A DNA stretch of 64,000 nt from the NCBI RefSeq assembly GCF_004017535.1, contig NZ_SAJS01000016.1; one strand, 5' to 3'. Of the stretch, positions 57,457-64,000 are shown one piece after another. Positions within the stretch are counted from its first letter, which is position 1, and each line of letters begins with the position of its first letter. The translations under genes and the position numbers were made by a program. The notes under the pieces are model-generated. The model saw only the letters and a program-made list of their open reading frames with translations. It searched no databases and had not been told where the DNA came from. Origin of the DNA: Mesorhizobium sp. GTDB lineage: Bacteria > Pseudomonadota > Alphaproteobacteria > Rhizobiales > Rhizobiaceae.

Positions 57457-58721
57457 GCGCCGTCGCCCATGAAGTGTCGGCGTCGGCGGTCAATGCGAAG
57501 CTGATTTCGCTGATCGCGTCGGCCGCGATCGGCATCGGCATCCTGCTCTCCGGCTTCGTCATCAGCGAGCCCGCGCCCTACGAGATCTACATGGCCGGGC
57601 TGATCGCGGTCTGGGCGCTGTTCGGCCTTCGAATCTCGCGCGCGATCGTTCCCTTGCTGGTGCTGCTGGTGGCGATGAACATCGGCGGCATGATCGCCAT
57701 GACGCAGATGGCAGATCTCGCCAACACGCCGCTCTATCTCGCAGTCTCGCTGTTCCTGGCCTTCAGCGCGGTGTTCTTCGCCTCGGTGACCTCGGCCCAG
57801 CCCAGCCTCTACCGGCTGATCTTCATCGCCTATGCCGTCTCGGCGGTTGCGACATCGCTGCTCGGCATCGCCGGCTATTTCCATGCCTTTCCCGGCGCGG
57901 AAATGTTCACCAAATACGACCGCGCCGCGGGCGCCTTCCAGGACCCGAACGTGTTCGGGCCGTTCCTGGTGCTGCCCGGCACCTACCTGCTCTACCTGCT
58001 GCTCACCGGGCCGGTGTCGCGTATGCCGCTGCTTGCCGTGCCGCTACTCATCATCACCGCCGGCATCTTCTTTTCCTTCTCGCGCGGCGCCTGGGGCATG
58101 TTCGCGGTGTCGGCGGTGCTGCTTACCGGGTGCCTTTTCCTGCAGAGCGCCAGCGGCAAGTTCCGGCTGCGGGTGGTGGTGATGACGATTGCCGCCGTGG
58201 CGCTGCTGGTCATCGCATTCCTGGTCATCCTGCAACTGCCCGGCGTGTCGGACATGTTCACTCAGCGCGCGCAGCTCGAGCAAAGCTACGATTCGGCGCG
58301 GCTCGGCCGCTTCGCCCGCTACGCGATAGGTTTCCAGCTGGCGATGGAGCACCCCTTCGGCATCGGTCCGCTGGTCTTCGGCACGATCTATGGCGAGGAC
58401 ACGCACGACATATGGCTGAAGGCGCTGATGGATTATGGCTGGCTGGGCTTCGTGTCGTTCCTGACGCTGACCCTGTGGACGATCGGCGCCGGCTTTCGCA
58501 TCCTTCTGCGCGACCGACCATGGCAGCCCTATCTGCTCTGCGCCTATGTCGCCTATCTCGGCAATATCGGGCTCGGCACCTTCATCGACATCGACCACTG
58601 GCGCCATCTCTATCTGCTGCTCGGGCTGGTCTGGGGCGCCATCGCGCTGGAATACCGGCATCAGCGGGACTTGCGGCTGGCGGGCCCCGCATCCCTTCCT
58701 GCAATTTCACCTGCGCGATAG
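57453..58721 (+). CDS. O-antigen ligase/polymerase-like (Wzy_C) membrane protein
   Basis: About 10 TM segments. FSFSRGAWG motif loop. The TTG start overlaps the upstream stop (TATTGA). Confidence 0.85.
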   Translation: MSAVAHEVSASAVNAKLISLIASAAIGIGILLSGFVISEPAPYEIYMAGLIAVWALFGLRISRAIVPLLVLLVAMNIGGMIAMTQMADLANTPLYLAVSLFLAFSAVFFASVTSAQPSLYRLIFIAYAVSAVATSLLGIAGYFHAFPGAEMFTKYDRAAGAFQDPNVFGPFLVLPGTYLLYLLLTGPVSRMPLLAVPLLIITAGIFFSFSRGAWGMFAVSAVLLTGCLFLQSASGKFRLRVVVMTIAAVALLVIAFLVILQLPGVSDMFTQRAQLEQSYDSARLGRFARYAIGFQLAMEHPFGIGPLVFGTIYGEDTHDIWLKALMDYGWLGFVSFLTLTLWTIGAGFRILLRDRPWQPYLLCAYVAYLGNIGLGTFIDIDHWRHLYLLLGLVWGAIALEYRHQRDLRLAGPASLPAISPAR

Positions 58722-58775
58722 GCACCGAATTCGGTTGACCGGCACAGGGTTATCACGATACATCGCCACCCGGTC

Positions 58776-58852
<77 letters not shown>

Positions 58853-58924
58853 TTAAAATCAAAGGCTTAGTCATTTCCCCCAGAGGTGGCTATAATTTTT
58901 GGCCACCTTGCAGCCGGCCCTGGC

Positions 58925-59176
58925 TTACACACCGACTCGATACTCTTCGCGACATACGGAGCAATCGTACCTGCGTGAGTTCGCCGGATCGTCATCTTTG
59001 ACGGCATATAGTTTCGACGCCCTTGTTACGCCTGTGATGTGGCACTTCGGGCACCACGGATGTCCGTCCTCTATCGGCTCGTAGGTAACTAGTCGCCGCC
59101 GCCGATCCGACGTCGTTGCCATTGGTTTCGCCAAGTCGACCAGAGCGGCATGTATTGGCAAGGTTGAAGTCATCAT
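58925..59176 (-). CDS. small zinc-ribbon hypothetical protein
   Basis: 83 aa with CPKC...CSVC. Lies in a visibly AT-richer stretch next to the tRNA. ORF 58925..59296 trimmed to the ATGATG at 59176. Coding status is uncertain. Confidence 0.4.
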   Translation of the reverse strand: MMTSTLPIHAALVDLAKPMATTSDRRRRLVTYEPIEDGHPWCPKCHITGVTRASKLYAVKDDDPANSRRYDCSVCREEYRVGV

Positions 59177-59285
59177 TTTGAGCGTCCTTTCCGATGAGGC
59201 GCGGCCAACGGTTCCGTCGAAGCACATCATAGGAGGTGCCGCCGAAAAAATGCTGTGCGCACGAAAAAGCCCGCCGAAGCGCCGC

Positions 59286-60299
59286 CTAGCCCCCATGCGC
59301 CGCCAGCATGCGGCGCGCGCTTTCCTCGTCGGTGATGAGCACGGTCGGCGCGATCAGGTTCATGGCGCCGAGCAACGCTTGCGTCTTCTCCGCGCCGCCG
59401 GAGGTCAGGATTCGGATCGGGGCCTTGCGCAGGCGATCGACATCCACCGACATCACATGACTGTTGACGGGATGGTCGACCAGGTCGCCCTTGCGGTCAT
59501 AGAAATGGAACAGAAGGTCGCCGACGGCGCCACGCGCAAGCAGGGCCTCCCGGTCCGCTTCCTTGAGGAAGCCGCCGCGCGAGAAGGTGGTGGCCGACGC
59601 GATGCCGCCGACGCTGAGCAGCACAGCATCGAGCGCGTCGGCCATTGCAAAAATCTCCTGCAGGCCGCAGCGCTCGACCAGCGCGATCTTGGTCTCGACG
59701 CTGTCGACGACGGCCGGCGTCGGCATCAGATAGCCGTCGCCCTGAAAAATCTGGGCGAAGCGCCAGGCGAACTCGGCCGGGTTGACCCGTCGCGCGACGC
59801 CGACGCCGCCAAGCAGCGAGATCACGCTGAAGTCGGTCAGCGATTTGGCGCTGATGAACGGCAAGGTGTGGAACAGCGTCACGCCCCAGCCGACGCCGAC
59901 CCGCATGCCGGATTTCATCGCGTCGGACAGGAACATGCCGGTCTTGGCGGCGATCGCCGGGATCGGATCGGCGTTGGGGTCGGAGAGCGGCGCCACCAGC
60001 GCCTGCTGCAGGCCGAAGGTCTTTTCCAGCGCGCGCTCCAGCCGCACGATCTCCAGGAGCTCGCTCTCGATGGTGATCTTCACCTCGTTACGCGCCCTCG
60101 CCTCCGCCAGCATGCGCACGATGGTGACCCGGCCGACGCCGAGCACGTCGGCGATCTCGTTCTGTGTCATCTGCTCGACGAAATACATCCAGGCGGCGCG
60201 GATCCTGAGCCGGTCGGTCCGGCTTTCATTGACGACCTGCTCGGCCGCCTCCGCTGTCGCCCTGCCGTTTTCAGCTTCGCCCTGCCGTCGCCTGCCCAA
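59286..60299 (-). CDS. SorC/DeoR-type sugar-binding transcriptional regulator
   Basis: N-terminal HTH (AAWMYFVEQMTQNEIADVLGVGRVTIVRML) plus a sugar-phosphate-binding SorC domain (VGVGWG...ISLLGG...VGDLLFHFYD). Confidence 0.88.
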   Translation of the reverse strand: MGRRRQGEAENGRATAEAAEQVVNESRTDRLRIRAAWMYFVEQMTQNEIADVLGVGRVTIVRMLAEARARNEVKITIESELLEIVRLERALEKTFGLQQALVAPLSDPNADPIPAIAAKTGMFLSDAMKSGMRVGVGWGVTLFHTLPFISAKSLTDFSVISLLGGVGVARRVNPAEFAWRFAQIFQGDGYLMPTPAVVDSVETKIALVERCGLQEIFAMADALDAVLLSVGGIASATTFSRGGFLKEADREALLARGAVGDLLFHFYDRKGDLVDHPVNSHVMSVDVDRLRKAPIRILTSGGAEKTQALLGAMNLIAPTVLITDEESARRMLAAHGG

Positions 60300-60435
60300 G
60301 TTCCCCTCCGCGATGCCGTCACCGATTCTGCGTGCTGGTTAAATATCGTCTATTGATCTACCAATCGACACGAACAATCTAGAGAGGGGCGACTGGCGCC
60401 CCCGAGCCGTTAGCGACTTCAGCATTTCGAGGCAA

Positions 60436-61227
60436 TTGGCGATGCTGCGACAAATCTCCGAGGACGTTCGCGCCAACCTGAAGGACCGGCTTCGGGAACT
60501 GCGCGACGCCATTCGCCAGAGCCGCCACGACAGCGCCGGCGAGACCTCTCTGGATATTGCCGGCAATTTGCCTCCCTTTCCGGGCCGCAGCCTGCTCGGC
60601 CACGCCGCGAGCGCTGTCGACGACGCGCTGACGATCGCGGAATCCTTCGTTCCCCATTCCCGGCCGCTCAAGATCGACGGAACGACCGTGAAAAGCCTGC
60701 GCTCCTATTTCCCGAACGGCGATGAAGACCGGCAGATCGGCGGCGAACGTCAATTCAGGCGCGACATGTATTATCTGACCCGAGCGGTTCTGGCCGGTTA
60801 CGGCGTCGACAATCCCCGCGTGCACGAGGCGAGTTTTTCCGCCGTGCACGCCGCGATGCGCAAGCGCCATGCCGATCTTCTGGCTGGGGCGACAGCGGAC
60901 GCGGCCTCCACCGACCAGGTAGCGGCGGCCTGCGCGGCTCTGCTGGTCGAATGCCTCAACCACCGTCCGGTTCAGTCTGGCGAGATCGGCACAGGCCCGG
61001 CGATCGCGGGCGACCGGTCGCTCGACATAAGATGCCTTGCGCCTGTGGTGCTTGCCTGCGGACTGGCGACCAAGGCGGACGGCGGCACGCCGGAGCCCGA
61101 CATTCTCGAGATCGCGGTGCTGGCGGCCGAAGTGCGGGAGGATCGCATCCGGCAGGCTTGCGCCAAGGCCAATGCCGTCCAGGAACTGACACCGGTTCTC
61201 GCCACGCTGCTCGCGCATCTGACGTAA
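60436..61227 (+). CDS. hypothetical protein (no recognisable family)
   Basis: The 263-aa ORF has balanced composition and is preferred over the Arg/Gly/Pro-rich antisense ORF 60379..61377. Divergent from the SorC gene and convergent with the PTS operon. Confidence 0.5.
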   Translation: MAMLRQISEDVRANLKDRLRELRDAIRQSRHDSAGETSLDIAGNLPPFPGRSLLGHAASAVDDALTIAESFVPHSRPLKIDGTTVKSLRSYFPNGDEDRQIGGERQFRRDMYYLTRAVLAGYGVDNPRVHEASFSAVHAAMRKRHADLLAGATADAASTDQVAAACAALLVECLNHRPVQSGEIGTGPAIAGDRSLDIRCLAPVVLACGLATKADGGTPEPDILEIAVLAAEVREDRIRQACAKANAVQELTPVLATLLAHLT

Positions 61228-61244
61228 CCGCCGCGAGGAATCCG

Positions 61245-63224
61245 CTATCGTTCGGGCGCCATCGCCGCGATGGTCTTCTTGGCGCGCTGGATCGAGGCCG
61301 GGCTCATGCTGAGCTCGGTCAGGCCCATCCCGATGAAGGCCGGGATCAAGTCCGGACGGCCGGCGGCCTCGCCGCACATGCCCACCATGATGCCGGCCGC
61401 GACACCCGCCTTGGCTGTCAGTTCGATCGCCGACATCACCGCCGGATTGGTGACGTCATTGAGCTTGGCGACCGTCGGATTGAGGCGGTCCGCGGCCATG
61501 ATGTACTGGGTGAGATCATTGGTGCCGATCGAAAAGAACGCCACTTCCTTCGCCAGCGCCGGCGCGATCAGCACGGCGGCCGGTGTCTCGATCATCACGC
61601 CGAGGTCAAAGCTTGCATGCGGCACGCCTTCGGCCTTCAACTCGGCCGCGCATTCATCGACAAGCGCGCGGGTCCGCGTCACCTCGGCGATTTCCGAGAC
61701 CATCGGCAGCATCACCTTGATGTTGCCGTGAACCGCGGCCCTGAGCAGCGCCCGCAGCTGCCTCTTGAAGATGTCGGGACGATCCAGGCACATGCGAATG
61801 CCGCGCCAGCCGAGGAAGGGGTTTTCCTCCTCGGGGAATTCGATGCCGGCGATCGGTTTGTCGCCGCCGATGTCGAGCGTGCGCACGATAACCGAATGCG
61901 GCGCAAACGCCCTGGCCAAGGCGCTGTAGGTCTCGGCCTGCATGTCTTCCGAAGGCAGGTGCATGTGGCGCATGAAGAGCAGCTCGGTGCGAAACAGCCC
62001 GACCCCCATGGCACCGGCTTCCTGCGCCGCTTCGATCTCCTCTAGCGAGCCGATATTGGCCGCGACCTCGATCACCGTGCCGTCGGCGCGGGTCGGGGTC
62101 ACGCTCTTGAACACTTTGAGGCCGCCATGCTCGCGGGCCGCCGCGTCGACACGCCGCATGAAATCGGCGCGTGTCGCCTCATCTGGATCGACGATTACAT
62201 GGCCGGTATGGCCGTCTATGGCGACGACCTTTGCGCCGCGCAGATCATCGACCCTTCTGCCGAGGCCAAGCACAGCCGGGATGCCGTGCGAGCGGGCGAT
62301 GATGGCGATGTGCGAGGTGGCGCCGCCATGGCCGCAGACCACGCCGCCGATGCGCTTCAGCGGCGCGCGCGCCAGATCCCAGGCACCGATATCGTCGGCA
62401 ATCAGGATCGCGCCTTGCGGAATCGTCTCAAGGCTGACCTCGTCCTGGCCGAGCAGCACCAGGCAGATCTGCCGGCCGACGGCATGGACGTCGTCGGCCC
62501 GGGCGTTGAGATAGGGATCGTCGACCGCGCTGAAATCGGCGGCGATGGTGGACGCGGCCGCGATGACCGCGGAGATGGCATCGTCACCGCCTTTGATCAG
62601 TCTTTCGACCTCGCCGGTCAGGCTGTCGTCGGCGGCGATGTCGCGCAGCGCCGCGACGATGCCTCGGTCGCCGGCGGAGAGATTGTTCTCGGCAAGCGTG
62701 CGGTCCATGCGCGCCTGGACGCTGGCGACGGCGCCGCGGAAGCGCTCGAGTTCGCCTTCGATCTCACTGGCCTGCAGGTGCCTGCCCGGCCCCTCGATCT
62801 CCGGCGGGAAATGGGCGAAGGCCGGCCCGATCGCCACGCCCTCACTGGCGGCTACGCCCTGGAGTTTCGGCGTTCCTTCCGTCGGCGCGGCAGCCAGCGG
62901 CGCGGCCTCGGGAGCCGCGGCTGCGGTTTCCGGGCCACCTTCGCCCGCCTCGCCTTCGTCATCAAGGCCGGCGCGCGGATTCTCCAGATAGCCGATCAGC
63001 GCCTCGATCGCTTCGATGGCGTCGGCGCCGTTGGCGCGCACGGTGACTTCCTGGTTTTCCTTGACCGCCAGCAGCATCAGCTTGACCGAGCTCTTGGCGC
63101 TGACCGCCTTGCCGTCCTTAACCAGCTCGACTTCGGATTCAAAACCCTTGGCAAGTTTCACGAACCGCGTGGCGGGACGGGCGTGCAAGCCTTCGTGCAC
63201 TCTGACGATGGTCGAGCGTTCCAT
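61245..63224 (-). CDS. fused PTS phosphocarrier HPr - Enzyme I (PEP-protein phosphotransferase)
   Basis: HPr domain with active His (VHEGLHARPATRFV), Ala/Pro/Glu linker, EI domain with GGATSHIAIIARS, and a PEP-utilising C-terminal domain (FFSIGTNDLTQY). Confidence 0.92.
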   Translation of the reverse strand: MERSTIVRVHEGLHARPATRFVKLAKGFESEVELVKDGKAVSAKSSVKLMLLAVKENQEVTVRANGADAIEAIEALIGYLENPRAGLDDEGEAGEGGPETAAAAPEAAPLAAAPTEGTPKLQGVAASEGVAIGPAFAHFPPEIEGPGRHLQASEIEGELERFRGAVASVQARMDRTLAENNLSAGDRGIVAALRDIAADDSLTGEVERLIKGGDDAISAVIAAASTIAADFSAVDDPYLNARADDVHAVGRQICLVLLGQDEVSLETIPQGAILIADDIGAWDLARAPLKRIGGVVCGHGGATSHIAIIARSHGIPAVLGLGRRVDDLRGAKVVAIDGHTGHVIVDPDEATRADFMRRVDAAAREHGGLKVFKSVTPTRADGTVIEVAANIGSLEEIEAAQEAGAMGVGLFRTELLFMRHMHLPSEDMQAETYSALARAFAPHSVIVRTLDIGGDKPIAGIEFPEEENPFLGWRGIRMCLDRPDIFKRQLRALLRAAVHGNIKVMLPMVSEIAEVTRTRALVDECAAELKAEGVPHASFDLGVMIETPAAVLIAPALAKEVAFFSIGTNDLTQYIMAADRLNPTVAKLNDVTNPAVMSAIELTAKAGVAAGIMVGMCGEAAGRPDLIPAFIGMGLTELSMSPASIQRAKKTIAAMAPER

Positions 63225-63272
63225 GGCAATACTCTAGGTTTGGGCGCTTATCGACAGACAGCGCGGATATTA

Positions 63273-63653
63273 TCAGGCGGCGATGATGATGACAGCGCCC
63301 GGTGTCAGGGCGGCCACGAGCGCTCCGGGGTCGACCTCGGATGCGCAAACCTCGCCTGGCCTTTCTGCCTCGGATGCTCCGTTGAAGGAGATCACGACAT
63401 GACCCATCTCGCGGACCTTGCTCCAGGCCGTGGAGCCGACCGCCGTTATCGTCGCTGAGACCGGCCCGAGTGTGATGGAGGCGCCTCTTGCCGGCGCATC
63501 GTCGCTCGGGCCTTCCTCCGTGCTGTGCAGCACCGAGACCTCGGCCAGTTCGGGAGGCGAGCCATCCGCGAACAGGATGACCACGCCGCCCTCGGCGAGG
63601 TCCGCCACTTCGGGTCCAATTGCCGTGACCCGTGTCTTGAGAAGAACCGACAT
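63273..63653 (-). CDS. srlB: PTS glucitol/sorbitol-family EIIA component
   Basis: Colinear with E. coli SrlB as recalled (...ITAVGSxA...LRELGHVxxxFxGxxEAExPGxV...). Family-level call. Confidence 0.8.
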   Translation of the reverse strand: MSVLLKTRVTAIGPEVADLAEGGVVILFADGSPPELAEVSVLHSTEEGPSDDAPARGASITLGPVSATITAVGSTAWSKVREMGHVVISFNGASEAERPGEVCASEVDPGALVAALTPGAVIIIAA

Positions 63654-63681
63654 ATGGCGAACCTCGTTTTTTACTGATGTT

Positions 63682-64000
63682 TTAGAACACGATCAGGGAC
63701 ACGACCCATGCGATCAGCACGGAGACCGGGCCCATGATCTGGCGGCTGATGAGCACCGCCGGCACGCCGATTTCGATCGTCTTCGGCTTGGCCTCACCGA
63801 GCGCCAGACCGACGGGAACGAAGTCGCAGCCCACCTGGGTGTTGTAAGCAAACAGCGCCGGCAGCGCCATTGCGGGCGAGATGGTGCCGTTGGCGATCTG
63901 GGGGCCGATGATCGCGACGCCGATGACCTGGGCGATGACCGCGCCCGGTCCCAGGATGGGCGACAGGAACGGCAAGCCGCAGATGGCCGAGATGATCAGC
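63682..64000 (-). CDS. srlE: PTS glucitol/sorbitol-family EIIBC component, C-terminal part (gene continues beyond window)
   Basis: The frame is open to the window edge. The hydrophobic C-terminus [54 protein letters not shown] resembles SrlE. Family-level call. Confidence 0.75.
   Translation of the reverse strand, partial: LIISAICGLPFLSPILGPGAVIAQVIGVAIIGPQIANGTISPAMALPALFAYNTQVGCDFVPVGLALGEAKPKTIEIGVPAVLISRQIMGPVSVLIAWVVSLIVF

Noticed and set aside
60379-61377. 332-aa minus-strand ORF overlapping the 60436..61227 plus-strand ORF.
   Set aside because: Its translation is Arg/Gly/Pro-rich and low-complexity, and it would overlap the 3' end of the HPr-EI gene. The plus-strand frame has protein-like composition. 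The choice remains tentative.

Overview
64-kb chromosomal segment of a high-GC alphaproteobacterium. Gene content and order look Rhizobiales or Mesorhizobium-like, but this is an inference: no database search was run, and every call rests on motifs and family signatures recognised by eye in the ORF-track translations. I support about 67 protein genes and one tRNA-Pro(GGG). I found no rRNA, CRISPR array, transposase, integrase or prophage genes. Most of the window is core housekeeping: a DEAD-box helicase (partial), prfB with its programmed +1 frameshift, PBP1A, an AmiC-type amidase, RNase E with a 616-nt leader, glsA plus an aminotransferase, an M48 protease, DsbA, aroQ-accB-accC-aat, an NDUFA12-like/DUF2155 pair, panBC, gatB, metY, rplM-rpsI, an agmatinase-family gene, argC and ctaA. 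The regions worth a second look are these. (1) A structured RNA candidate with a strong orphan terminator lies upstream of a rhomboid protease gene (28.56-28.71 kb, minus strand). (2) A PAS_5 / tandem-PilZ / LapG-like BTLCP protease trio has no LapD and no adhesin nearby (28.9-31.1 kb), and is followed by a hairpin cluster containing a G-quadruplex or C-rich motif. (3) An orphan YjhX/TopAI toxin homologue sits behind a highly structured leader with no Shine-Dalgarno (26.5-27.1 kb). (4) Three translationally coupled genes encode a COG3910-like ATPase, a two-domain GNAT and a CoA-binding protein (37.0-39.1 kb). (5) A 10-kb polar-polysaccharide (UPP/holdfast/glucomannan-like) locus carries a kinase-dead PCP and a perfect 17-bp tandem repeat in a divergent promoter (48.6-58.7 kb). 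(6) Immediately after tRNA-Pro there is a low-GC islet, a SorC regulator, an orphan ORF and a glucitol-family PTS (EIIBC, EIIA) with its own HPr-EI fusion, which is unusual for Rhizobiales (58.8-64.0 kb, running off the window). None of these can be shown to be novel from the sequence alone, so a decisive test is given for each.
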